Source: the human T2T-CHM13v2.0 reference genome, Homo sapiens
DNA length: 64,000 bases
Strand: one strand, 5' to 3'
NCBI RefSeq assembly: GCF_009914755.1
Contig: NC_060928.1
The translations under genes and the position numbers were made by a program. The notes below the pieces were generated by a model that was not told the origin of the DNA, searched no databases, and saw only the letters and a program-made list of their open reading frames with translations. Below, one piece after another: positions 27,164 through 41,923 of this stretch; position 1 is the first letter of the stretch, and each line of letters opens with the position of its first letter.

Positions 27164-30100
27164 ACCTATGTAGTAATCTTTAATAATAGTCCCTTTTATT
27201 TCTTCCTGTGAAGTAATGTTTTTATCTATTGTCTTTTCATTTCAGCCTAAGGTTTCTTTCTTTGGTATTTTCTGTAGTACAGATATGCCAGAAATGAAAT
27301 CACTAAGTTTTTGTTTATCTGAGAATGTTTTATTTTCTCTTTCCTTTTTGAAAAATTGATTTTCTGAATATAAACTTTTTGGTTGACTTCTTACACTTTG
27401 AATATGCTACTACCTCCTGAACTCTGTCCTTTTGGATTAGAAGTCAACTGTTAATCTTATTGAAGATACCTTATACCCAATGAGTCATTTTTCTCTTGCT
27501 GCTTTCTATCTTCTCTTTTTGTCTTTGCCTTTGACAGTTTGTATATGATGTGTCTAAATGTGGCTTTTTGAGTTTTTCTTACTTATAATTCACTGAGTTT
27601 CTTGTATATGTAGATTGATTTTTAATCAAATTTGGGATATATTGGTAATTATTTCTTCAAATCCTCTCTAAGCAGTCCATGATCTTGTCCCCTGTCTCTT
27701 CACCTTCTTCTGCCAAGTCTACATTTCCTTCAGTTTTTATAAACTAAAATGTTCTTCCTATTACTGAACATTGTTTTAACTATCCTGCCTCTGTTTTTTT
27801 GCTCATGCTGTATCCTCCTTCTGAGACATTTTCAAACAACTTATATTTGTTCTTCAAACTTCATCTTTACCATAAATATTACTTTCCTCTCAAATACATT
27901 TCCACTCCACAATCTAATACAAATGTACCTCTTTTAAAGCAGTCATACCTTTCATCACAAAGTATAGTTACTCACTTGCATGTTGGATACGATCAAAATA
28001 GGCACCATTTTGATGTGCTCTGTTTTTTACTTCTCCTAACAAATCCAAGTGTTACTTTGTTATCACCATTTTTAACAGATACATCCTATTTTAACATCCC
28101 AATATAGTACTTAGCCCCAGTTTTGCTTATTCCAGAGCTCATGAGCTCAGCCACTTGGCTCTAAGACTTGTGAGTACAGTAGGAGAGTTTAATGTAGATG
28201 GAGCATCTGTCTGCTGTTGTTGCTATTTTTTCGTTTTAGAAATACCATACATTGGTCAATTTAAAATCATAGAACGCAATGCTCTAGTGCTTTGAATATT
28301 TGAATCAATTCTAGTTGACACTTCAAAGTTGCTAATCTTCATTTTGGTGGTTCTTTTAGTGTAAGATAAAGTTTACATATATGCCACAGAAAGTATTTTT
28401 GTGGAAGAATAAAGACATTTATTAGGAAAGTTATTTAGAAAATTAGAGTAACCTTGGTAAGGTATTTACTTCAACATCCAAGAGACATTACATATTCAAA
28501 AGGAGGTTTTTTCAAATGAAACCTAGATTATTTCACTGAGATTTGGCATTAGCATTTTATCTGCTTCAACTAAATTGTAATTTGCTATATTAGTGTATCC
28601 ACTCCCCATAAGAGTAATTTCTGGAATTCATATTCATCTGTTAAAAAAGATGCCCTTGTCCTAGTACTAAAACCATAATATTGATGAGAAAAAAATTTGA
28701 GGAAATAACTTGCCTCCTATGTAGGATATCTAATTTTATGCACACTGTATTTAGTGTTAGCAACCTGCTTCGGGGGTAGCGGGTACCATACTTACATGAC
28801 ATCCTCCCAAAAAATGAAATCATGATCTATATTATTAGCCATTTAAAAATAAGCAACCAGAAAAGCTGTGCTATATCTATATCTATATCTATATTTTTGG
28901 TGAACTTTATTTTCTTGGTTTTTCCAATTCCTAATATTTCTAATAGCTTAAAGTTAGTTTTTTAAAATCATCCTCCGAATTTAAAATTCAGAAATGTATC
29001 CTATATGATTATATTAGACAAGACGTAATTTCAGGAACTATGACCTACATTTTAGTTTGTGTTCACATGAAATTCTTTAGGATTGTATGGAATAAGACAT
29101 CTCTACCTACTTCATATTTTAATACATATTTAAATATTTTTCTGACACATTTAGTAATAATTAATTTATTAAATGTTTCCCAACTAGGATAAAATTTATT
29201 AACTATGTCTAATTCAAAATGTTTTAAAAATAACAGCAGAAAAAAAGAGAAAAAGAAAGATATAATTAAAGTAAGACTAGAAATCATTGATGTAGGAAAA
29301 AAAAGTACTCAGTGGTGCATTTTAACAAATCAGTAATTTTGTTCTTTCCAAAGATTAATGAATGGTCAAATGCTTCCAAGATTTATTGCAGAAATTATGG
29401 GAATGCATATTTATTAAAAGGTTAGAAATTAAGTCGTGAATGTAAATAAAAGTTAAGTTGAAAATTGTAATAAGTTCTGTTTATGTAGTAATTGAAATAA
29501 AATGAGTAGATGTATATAACACATAAGTTAAGCTAAAATCCAAGCTCAGTGTATTGGCTGCATCTGAAGAAGGTAGGAGGTAAATAAAATCATAGAGAAC
29601 TACATGGCTTCAGTCTTCAGCTTCATTTTAAGTTTTATTTCTTAATCAATAAAAGAAAGTATGTAGAACAAATATGACTTAAGTAACAATATTTGACAAA
29701 CCCAGATGGTGGATACATAGCTTTTTATATGCTTAATATTTTCTTACTGTAATATATCGAATTAGTTGAGTAAAGGGCTGCTGGAGGACAATAAAACTAA
29801 GGTATTACTAAAAAAGAAGCTTCCTTTAGTTCATGATTTTAAAAAATAACAGTTGCTAGTTTTTCTTTAAAAATGATAGCTTTATGTTCCCATTTGACCA
29901 TTTGAATTTAATTTAGCGACAGATCCACACTGTATAACAGATTGCTTGGAAGTGATGAATGATATACTTTCTCACATTTGTATTGTAGTTGAATGCAAAA
30001 AAACTCAATGGAACAATTTCTGCTATTTAAATTTTTTTCTTATTATTTAAATTTCCTTTAGCAAAATAAAGGTCATTACTTTTTTAACCCAAAGAAAATA

Positions 30101-30287
30101 ACATAAAATATTTTAGGGGCCTATTGTTTAATATTTTAAAAATTGACTTATTTTTCAAACGTTGTAATCTAATAGCTATGTTTGCAATTGATGCTTTTAA
30201 CATACTCTTGGGTTACCATGGATTGTTTATGAAATAGAGCCACTATGGACTGTTTAAACTTTAATTAACAGAACAAAAACCATGTTA

Positions 30288-30650
30288 CAGTAATGCTCCC
30301 TTACTCATGCTTGTGTTCTCTGCACTTTCAGTTACCCACAGTCATTGGCAGTCTGAAAATATTAAATGGAAAATTTCAGAAATAAACAATTGATAAGTTT
30401 TAAATTATGTACCACTCTGAGTAGCATGATAAAATCTCACACCTACTTGCTCAGTCCTGCCCAGGATGTGAATCATCCCTTTGTCCAGCATGTCTACGCA
30501 GCATGTGCTACTTGCCCAATAGCCACTTAGTAGTCATCTCAGTTATCAGATAGAAAAGCATAGTTTATACAAAATTCAGTGTTACCTATGGTTTTGGATA
30601 TCAACTGGAGGTCTTGATACATATCCCTCATGGATAAGGGGGGACTACTG
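30288..30650. mobile_element. MER44A-like TcMar-Tigger non-autonomous DNA transposon
   Basis: TIRs CAGTAATGCTCCCTTA / TAAGGGGGGACTACTG, TA TSDs, internal GAAAATATTAAATGGAAAATT. Confidence 0.85.
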
Positions 30651-31059
30651 TATTTCCAGAAAATAATAAATATAACTAAGTATGACGTAAAATGCGATAT
30701 TTTGTTCAAATGAGAGGCAAAAAGCAAAAAAGCTTTAATTAATAGTGTTATATTTAAACACAGATAAGATAAAATGCAAAAAGACTTTACATTGAGGCTC
30801 CTAGGAGCTTTGATTACAAACAGGACATGTAAATCAGAAATCTTGGCATTCCTAAACAAGTCATACAGTGAGTTAAGGCACTCTTATGAAAAAAAATAGA
30901 GAAGAACAGTGGTTAATTGTATTAAATCAAGTCAATGTTATTTACACTTTAAATGAGTTACATTACTTCAGTGTTTAAAAACTAATTTATAGACTAGGTA
31001 AATGAGAACCATCATACTCAAATTTCAATAAGCTCAATATCATTGTGGATGTGGGCAAC

Positions 31060-31607
31060 TGTCTTGGTCCATGTGTGCTGCTATAACAAAATACCACAGA
31101 CTGAATAATTTATAAGGAATAGAAATTTATTTCTCACAGTTCTGCTCTCTGGTGAGGGTCTGGTCTCTGCTTTCAAGACAGTTCCTTGAAGAGTGTCTTT
31201 GTGAGGAGAGGAACGCTGTGTCCTCACCTTGCAGAAAGAAGAAGAGCAAGAGGGATGAACACTGTGAGGAGCCACTTCTATTCTTTTACTTTTTATTTTT
31301 AATAGAGATGGGGTCTTGCTCTGTTGCCCAGAGCTGAAAGTCCGTGTCATGATCATAACTCACTGCAGCCTTGAACTCTTGGGCTCAAGCAATCCTCTCA
31401 CCTCAGCCTCTGGAGGAGCTGAAATTACAGGTGTGAGCCACCGTGCCTGGCTCAGAAGCCTCCTTCATAAGGGCTTTAATTTCATTCACAAGTGGAAGAG
31501 GCTTTATGACTTGATTACCTCTTAAAGGCAGGCCCCTGTTATTACCATCAAATTGGCCATTACATTTCAACATCTGAATTTTGGAGGGACACATTCTAAC
31601 CATAGCA
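31060..31607 (-). mobile_element. MST-type MaLR solo LTR with an inserted Alu monomer (~31281-31452, minus)
   Basis: TG...CA ends, 5-bp TSD GCAAC, GCTGCTATAACAAAATACCACAGACTG start. Confidence 0.85.
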
Positions 31608-31935
31608 GCAACTAAGAAGCTTCTGGTGACATTGGGTGACATTGGGAGTGTTTGTAAGATGACAAACATAATTTCTAAACAACTGATCTCTTACTACTGT
31701 TTATTTGTGAACTTTGTTTTGCCAAACACATAGAAAGGATTTTGTACTGACTAATCAGGCCTATTACTAGACAGAGGGATATGTAATGGTTTCAAGAATT
31801 TCACTCTACAAAGCCTTAAAGGAACTAAAATAAGTTCCTTTTCCAACTGATTTCCAATATCGATTGAAAGGACACACTAATGAGAAAAATAAACTAAGAT
31901 AATGCTAATCAACTTTTTAACTCAAAAAATTTTAA

Positions 31936-32239
<304 letters not shown>

Positions 32240-32409
32240 TAGTTATTTTAATTAAAAATTGTTCTTTACACATACCAGAATTTTTAGAAACATTCTCGTT
32301 ACACTATAAAGACCAATCAAGCTTTGAGAAAATATAAAATGTTAGATCTTCAATTTCTCTTTGACAAGTAAAAACTTCTCTCAGAAGCATTTAAAGTATT
32401 TCTTATTCA

Positions 32410-32518
32410 TTTTTTTTTTTTTTAATATAGAGCAGTCTCGCTCTGTGGCCTCAAGGGATCCTCCTTCCTCGGTCTCCCAAAGTACTGGGATTGTAGGCAT
32501 AAGCCACCATTCCTGGGC
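32410..32518 (-). mobile_element. Short, internally deleted Alu/FLAM fragment
   Basis: Poly-T, GTCTCGCTCTGT joined directly to GGCCTCAAGGGATCCTCC...CTCCCAAAGTACTGGGATT. Confidence 0.75.
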
Positions 32519-32791
32519 AATTTACAGTATTTAAAGGAAGAGTTGCTCTGGCTGAAAGTTTTTCTTGGAGAGAAAAACATACCTGCTTAATGAACAAATC
32601 TGTGTAAAACATCTGTGTTTCTTGCTCTTGCAGATACAAAATAATATACTAAAAATTGTCCTGGCTCTGGTGCCAGGTTTTGTGGATTTGAATCTCTACT
32701 GCTTAGCTTATCGGGTTTTTGACCTTTGAGAAGGGAAGCAAGTTCTCTCCACCTTTGTTTTCCCATACATGAAATGAGGATAACTATTTAT

Positions 32792-33125
32792 CAGGGGTCC
32801 ACAACTCCCAGGCTGCGGACTTGTACCAGTCCCCGCCCTGTTAAGAAACCTGGACACACAGCAGAACGTGAGTGGCGGGCCAGCAAGCATTACTGCCTGA
32901 GCTCCACCTCCTGTTAGATCAGCGGTGGCATTAGATTCTCACTGGAGCACAAGCCCTATTGTGAACTGTGCATGCCGGCGATCTAGGTTGAGCCGTCCTT
33001 ATGAGAATCTAACTAATGCCTGATGATCTGAGGTGGAACAGTTTCATCCCCAAACCATCCCCCTTCCCGGGTGGAAAAATTGTCTTCCATGAAACTGAGC
33101 CCTGGTGCCAAAAAGGGAGCCGCTG
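32792..33125. mobile_element. MER1B-like hAT-Charlie DNA transposon inserted in a MIR fragment
   Basis: CAGGGGTCC start, CCCTGGTGCCAAAAAGG...CGCTG end, 8-bp TSD CTATTTAT / CTATATAT. Confidence 0.85.
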
Positions 33126-34360
33126 CTATATATGAACACAGCAGAGGTGACTATTATAACTTTGTGATAGAACATGTGAGTGTCTATCCCTTAGGAGAAA
33201 ACACTTGAGAAAAAATGAGAATAAGGTATAAGCACTTCTAGGAACTGGGCAACATCACCCCTCCACATATCTGTCCCAGGATTGTCACAAAGTGCCTCCT
33301 CTGCTTCTTTTTCATGTAGCTCTCAAGCTTCTCTGCAGCTCTAGCATAACTACCCTCAGGCCAAATTTGCCATTAAACAAAACGAAGAGACAACAGAGAG
33401 ACTCCAACCACTCTGAGTAGCAGGTTATTAAGTTTCATTTTCAGGAAACATCACAGGTGTTCATTAATGACACATTAAATGATGAAGCTTAACGTCTCTT
33501 TTAAAAATCTCATCTTTTGCTTAATTGAACATTTCTAATATGTAAAATCTTTACATAGCAAACGAAAATATTTTGAGAGTACAAATGACATATATTTTTG
33601 TCTTCGGGATTTCCCTGTGGCAGCCCCACCAGTGATCCTGTTGTGTTCAATTAAATGTGGTAATGAGTATCTGACTACTGGGCTTTATGTAACTACTTTT
33701 ATTACGTGCTTTATTTTTACTTCTGTAATGTCTTAATAATTCAAACTATATTTTAATGCTAATTTATTCAGGTTTCTGCTGAGAATTCAAAAAATGGTGT
33801 CGATTTTATTTTATATTTATGTTCAATTTTTGCCAGAATTTTAATTCAGTCACTCACATTGTAGGTTTAAATAAATTGATAAATGGAATATATATTATTC
33901 CCACTGTTTATTATAACTAAAGAAACCATACATAAAAGTTTAATAAAAAGTTGTTTTAAATTAAAGAGATGTAGATGGTTGATTGTTCATGGCTAATATT
34001 ATTTTAAAAACTGGTACACAGGTAATCTGGCTTTTATAAGCCTATAAAACTTCTAAATTTTGTTGAGTTTCTTTACACCACAACTTTATAATTACTAATT
34101 ATAATTACTTTATACTTGCTAATTTAAACTAATTACTATATAATAATTAGCTAACATTAAACTTTCTGTTGCTGTATTTGTCTCTTTATTGAAAAGCATT
34201 TTCAAACATATAACAAAAGTGAATTATAACCATAAAAATTGTTATTTGTATTCACATATTATAATGTGAGAGCCATGGAGTTTCTTTGATGTAACACATG
34301 TGTTCCCAACTTCAACAAAAAAGCCATATATACAGAAATTAGCAGTAGTCTTGCAATTTA

Positions 34361-34786
<426 letters not shown>

Positions 34787-37466
34787 TGAAATAATTTTAG
34801 CATGATGTATTTGGTCTGTTTTGGCTGCTTTTATACTACCTGCCACACAGAAATTGCAGCAATTACTATCATTTATATTAAGTTTACTCATCAGCTGTGT
34901 TTCAGATATCTTCTGTTACTTCATCAGAAGGTGCTAGGATGAACAGCAGTTTCTTTCTCTATATGTTTTTAGTCTGTGTTATCAGGATTATTGATACTAC
35001 AAAGCACCTGACAAGAAAATCTCCCCCAAATTATAAATTGACAGGCTTTCGCTAGCTTTAGAAGCATTCTATATTTATGAATCGATTGTTAATTAACTTA
35101 TGTCCAAAGAGGCCATCACTACCATTCCTTAGTCAAGAGTTACACCCATGAGTCTATATGTTTCTGTAATGTAAAGTTTCATACAATAGTCATATTGCAT
35201 AAACATGCCTTGTAGCTTAAAAAAAATCATTACTTTTGTATTTATGGACATTTACAAATAATGTGTGCAAAGACTGAAAAAATATAATTTTGTTTTATTT
35301 ATTAGAGTCAAACAGAAAAGTTGTAAATCTCTGCTTTTTGTATGTTTTCATTTTTTATTTTAATCAGAATTCTTTGGACAACCATTAATATAATATTTTT
35401 ATTGTTGTTACCTTGTGACCTTTAGACTATCTTATTATTGTCAACATACAATATTTTTCTCTTGAATATATTAGAGTTAATGGCACAGGAGTATATAACA
35501 CGTTTAGATGTTTTTCCTAAAATAAAATATATTCTGAGATATCAGACCTTTGACGAAAGGATTGACCATGTATATTGTGTTATCTATAGAAGTCTGACTT
35601 AATGTAGTTCAATAAAGAAAAAGAATAATCCCTGAACTCCAGTTTCCCAAGATAATTATTGATACAAGAGATGAAATATTACAAATTTAAAGGAGAGTAA
35701 ATAGCAAAGTTTTTAATATGGGCAAAAATTAGTTTCAAAAATTTAAACATGAATGTAATTTTAGTGGAAATCAACCGGCAACATTAATTAATTAATGTAT
35801 AATTAACATACAACCTGATACAGCCTCCCTGAGGAGAAAAATGAGTCCCTAAACCTATGGAATTCACTGCTTCATTCTCTGACTTCACGCGTAGTTAAAT
35901 CAATGGAAGAGGCTAAATCAACGTGTACAGAAGCAGCAAGTGCTTAAATCATCCTAGTGCCCCTGCCACCATTCTATTATAAAAGTCATGGAAACACTCC
36001 AGCATACCCACATTTTGTCAACTTCAGAAAAGACTCCTGCCCTGATAACCAAAAACTGTGTATCTCAAATATGTACATTTTTCCTTATAATAACTATAAA
36101 ACACTGTCATCAGTTTCTTCTTTCTCCTTGACCTGAGCCCTTCCTCGGGCAGTTTGAGTTTAAAAGTGTCTGCCCTGAGTGTTACTCTTCATGTTGCCAG
36201 GAAACTTGCCTTCTTCCGATCTAAAGCGTGTGTAACTGCAATTACTATTTTCTTTTTTTTTCTTTTTTTTTTTTTAAGTCTAAGCCTTTATATTCTACGT
36301 GTTTTGATTTACCATAGTCCTCACTGCAGCAAGGACATTTAAAGTGAGATCTACTATTTATTTTTGAGTTCATAACATTTTTCATGGCAAGAAAAAATCT
36401 CAGCAACCCATAGCTGTAGCTTCCAATAGTGTTTATGGAAGTGCAAGCCAAGTGAGGGGTTTCTGAAAATAAGAGATGTTTTCCATTCAGTGCCCAAACT
36501 CAGTGATATTTTTCTCCTTACTTAAGACCAGTTCTCAATAAAACCACTCACCTGTACAGTTATGTTTGTGACATCTTTGACTACAACCATAGCTCAGTTT
36601 CAACAAACTTGCAGTCCTAACTTCTAGGATATGTGAGGTTTATTGATGGAGATATATTGTCAGGGCTTGTGTTAAAAAAATAGAAACTATTCAGATAATT
36701 GCATGGATGCCACTTTATTGTTATATAATTATCAGTGTGTTGCAATTAAAAGACAATTTTAATTTTGCACATTTTATTGAATGCAATAGTTAAATAAGTC
36801 ATCCAGTACATTTTGTTTGCTTACTTTCAGGACTAATAGCAAAACATCCATCATTAGAAATGTTCTTTATAAATTTAAAAATAATATATAATCTGTCCTT
36901 GAAATTTATATTGTTAATGCAGATTTTTTCTACCATTATATCTATCTTACAATGACTAACAAAACTAGAAAATTTTGGTAAGCATCAAGATGTAAATTCG
37001 AGATGGAACTAATATCTGATGGGAGGCTACCTAGGTATATATATATGTGTTTGTTCATGTGAGAGATAGTCTATATGCTTGTGCGTGAATCTTAGAAATT
37101 ATAGTATTTAATAGGTCTGTGATAGATGTAAACTGTTTTAGGAGTCTTCATATTACATATGACTCTATTTGGGGTATTAATGCTAATTCTTTCATATTAG
37201 AGTTCACATTAGATGCTAATAGAAATCCATTGATCTCCTTGACACCCATGAAATGATTAAGATAATAAAAGCATTACTGGAATTTGAGGGCAAGATTTAG
37301 AAGTAATATTTTGCCTAACAGTTGTAATGTTAGCGTGCATAATCATTGAAACACTGGGAGCCACATGCTAATTTCTTACACGTTCAAGGACCTTTTGAGT
37401 TGAGTAGTCATATCCATATAACAAATCACTCACCTTATGTGAGCTGTACATTTATTGTTGTAATAA

Positions 37467-37940
<474 letters not shown>

Positions 37941-40900
37941 TAACTCTTTCCACTGTCTTCCCTAACTGCATGCCAACCATCAGGCAATTGTCTTTTCTGT
38001 TTTATTTCTAAAGCAGAATATATTTTGTAAAATTTCTTCATCACCATACTGTTAGTATGATGACAAACTAATTTCACATTAACAAAATTCTAGCTGTCAA
38101 CATTACATATTTTATGGAGAGAAATTTAGGAAAACAATTACATATTCTTAAATTATGATAATGGAACAGGAACAAAAGGAGTTAATGTTTATTAAAAATG
38201 ATTAGTCAGTGCTGACTTAAGAAGTGATCTTGATGGACCAATGTTAAAATGAGCTGTCAAAATAAGAAGATATGAGGGCTACTGATCTTTCATTAATAAA
38301 ATGAACATATATTAAATGGCATTTATGAAAACAATGGCTGATAATGAAGTGAGTGCTATCCTTTTTCATATCTCATTCAGGGCATCCTTGTCCAATAAGA
38401 GGGGAGGAAGAGCAGTGCTATTAGATTTAATCCGTTAGAGACCGGCACTCTCCTTTTCAAAATAAGACTAGCTTTGCAATCGTTTATTGCTTGAGTTATG
38501 TGTTGAGATGAAAGAAAGAAACTGACAGTACTAAGTTAAAGAGTATGTATTCTTTATTGCATTAAGATAACCTGTGAAATGATTTCTTGATAATGGTAAA
38601 CTACCTGAACATCCAGCAAGAAGGTATTGGTTCAATAAACTATAATATATCAACTCTACAAATATATTCAATTCCTAAAAATAATTTTGTAGAAGTATAT
38701 TCAGTGACATAGAAATCGAATTATGTTAATTTGTATTTATGGGCTTGGTTTGATAAGTATTTTTTGGAGGTTCTTTCAATACTGCCCTGCCCTTGCCAAT
38801 GTTTGGGTTTTTTTTTCTTATGGACAAGCCGACTGAAAACATAGACTCTGGACACTGAAAAGGTTATGGTGCCCACCTCCACAGAGACTCAAATCAAACA
38901 GCACTGAAATTAACACAAAAAAAATCAACCTTTTAGTTGTGTCTTGATGATAGCTTCTATATTTTATTTAAACATTAATATAAATATGTTAAAATATGTA
39001 TTTTGTTACTACTACTTTTTACCTGGTCAGAACATATAGTTAATCAGCCTACTGGATAATAGAACATGTGAAGCAGATACTGTTTCCCATATGGAGTTAA
39101 TGTGAAATAGTTATATCATCATACATTAAATAAAGCAATTGATTTTAGCAATAAAATAACTCTGCATGTATAGATTTACATATACATATATAACCACAAA
39201 TACGTATTATAAAAAGTTAACAGTGTTTAACTCTAGTCAAAATATTGCATAAATTTTTATTTTTGGCTAGCCTATATTTTCTAAAATGTCTATATTAATA
39301 TTTACATTTTTATTAAGAAAATAACTATATGCAGAGTAAACAGAACACTGCATGATATATACTTTTAGTACAAATTGTCTTCATTAATATTTCTGAATTA
39401 TCAAGAATTTTTTCTTCTCTGAATTTCAAAAAAATTCAGTAGTAGCCACGAGTAGTATAGATTCATGTGAACAACTCAAAGATTCAAGAAATCATTTTCA
39501 GGCCCCCATACTACATTCTAACAATTTAATTTAAATAAATTTATTGGTTAAAGTATTGTTAGATAAATATTATTTCTTATCTATTCCTACTTCACATGGC
39601 AGGAGTCCTAGATATGTGTTGCTTCAATCTCCATATGATTTTGTTATCCTGCTTTACGTACTGTGCAGAAAAATAAAACTTTTTATGGAAATTGATGAGT
39701 TTTTCTCATTCACCAGCAAAATAGAATGTAACCAAAAAATCAAAGCATGATGTTTAAATGAAGACTTATTTTATTCTTTTTAAATTTTTTTGCCCTAAAT
39801 TTACTATTTGTTAAGATAGTTTTATTTAACTTCAAACAAGAAGGTTTTCTTTTTATCTTCATATAGGTACTTAAAAAGTTTGCTTCTCTCATCTACTCCT
39901 ACGCCATTTGTTCTCAGACATACAAGCATAAACCAGTTCCAGCTGGTTTAGCCATTTATTTTTCCTCAAATTTATAACAGCCAAAACACCCTTACACCAG
40001 ATTTTTCCAAGTGTTAGATTTGTGCCCTTTTAAAATTTTAGAAAAATCTCAGTTGTGCTAATTGGAACTCTCAGTCCTCAATTATCACCTACTTGCTTTC
40101 TTTGTGTCCTTTTTGTCTAACAAATACATGCTTTGGTGCTTTTGAGATTATTAATAGGATTAGTAAGTGCTAGATAAAGCTCAAAGATCAACAGAAGTTT
40201 CTCTGGCACTTACCTATTACCTACATTACAATACTACTATTAACCTCTAAGGAAAATGAATTCTAATACATTTTAATTTTGCAAAATTTATTTGGTACCA
40301 TATTTTTGTCAGTATAGACAAGGATCTAACAGAAAACCATCAAAACTGTATTGATAATGAATGCCAAGCATTATATAATGACAAGTAAGGGACAAGAAAT
40401 ACTTGTGGTCTCACAGATGAGCAAACCCAACAACTGTGACGTATGTTAAAAATGCATGTTAAACTGTAAAAGCCACGGGAGACTCTAGACAGAGTTTAGG
40501 AGTTGAAAGACTTTACACGAACTTGTGATCCCTTCTTGAAGGTGCCATCATGTTTAGAAGGTGATGCGTGTGGCAGGTCCTAAATAGAGGAGCAGGAGAA
40601 GTGAAGTCATGGAGATGGGAGGAGAGCAAGACTCAAAGAAAGGGCAGGAGTAAGTTGATGTTAGGATGATGGCACAGAAGGTTAGAGAGGAAAGCCGACG
40701 ATGTAAGAGCCCAGCATGAGGGATTCTGACGAGTTTTATTTCCAGACGAGCCTCCACGTGAAGTCAGACTTTAAAGAGCATGTTTACTAAACATGACCAC
40801 TCTATCGACATCCTTGACTGTATGTTCCTGTTTACTGAGTAATACATGTTGCATAGGAGAATGATTATTTTTGTGAAATGAAACCTAGGTCCAAAACATT

Positions 40901-41837
40901 TCACTACAAATGATAAATGAGACAATCGGAGACTAAATCATCTAGCACAGAGAAGATAGAAAAAAAGCAAATCCAATTCATCCTTTTGTTTTGTTAGTGA
41001 CATATTGAAAGGTGACTGTGCTCGGGTAATTCTCTTCTCCTTTTGCAAAGTTTCACTATTCCTTGTTAACTTTAATATCCTTTCATTTGTGTTGTTTCTA
41101 TTACATGAACAATAAATCATATATGAAACATACACACACATGCACACACATACACATACCCAATTGGTTTAGAAAATGTACAAAAATCACAAAGAGCTTT
41201 ATCCTTCTCTTCTTACAGTCTTGGCTTCTATAAAGTTTTGCTGCTTAAAATTCACAATTAGTGAATTGTATTGTTATTAATATCATTTTTTAAAACTAAT
41301 TTTCATTCCAGCAAAGGAGAAAATAAAGCTAAATTCAATACTCTACACGACATCTAAAATCTAGTTTTCAAGGTGTTAGATTTGTTATGGTCATTTCTAT
41401 ATAGGTTAAATCTCATCTTATTTTAACCTTCTAAAGGATTTATGTCTCACCATAAAAAATTTCCCAGTCACTGCAAATATTTTTAAATTAGGAAAATATA
41501 GTTCATTTCTCATTTATAGTTTCTGTCTTTTTAAAAAATAACTTTGAAGTCAGTGTTAACTTTCATTTTCTTCCTATAAATTTATGACCTTATTTAAGTA
41601 TACACATACTATTTAACATACTTTATCAGAGAAACTGTGCTTCTAGAAAGTTGTATCATCACATTTGTGGCTAAATTAAATTATACTGTAGATATGAAAT
41701 GTATACTTTAGAAGCAAACCCACCGAAATTACAATAATAACAGACACCTCAAGTTTTTATGTATTTGTCGTGGTAAAATCCAGTGAAGAATATTCTTAAG
41801 CTGTTTACCACTAGCATTATGCCTTCCCTGGCTTCTG

Positions 41838-41923
41838 GAGGAGGAAGAGAGAGAGAGAGAGGGGGAGAGAGGGAGAGAGGGGGAAAGGGGGAGGGGGGAG
41901 AGAGAGAGAGAGAGAGAGAGAGA
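41838..41923. repeat. Pure polypurine (GA)n / G-run tract
   Basis: About 85 consecutive purines: (GA)n, G-rich core, (GA)n. Confidence 0.95.
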
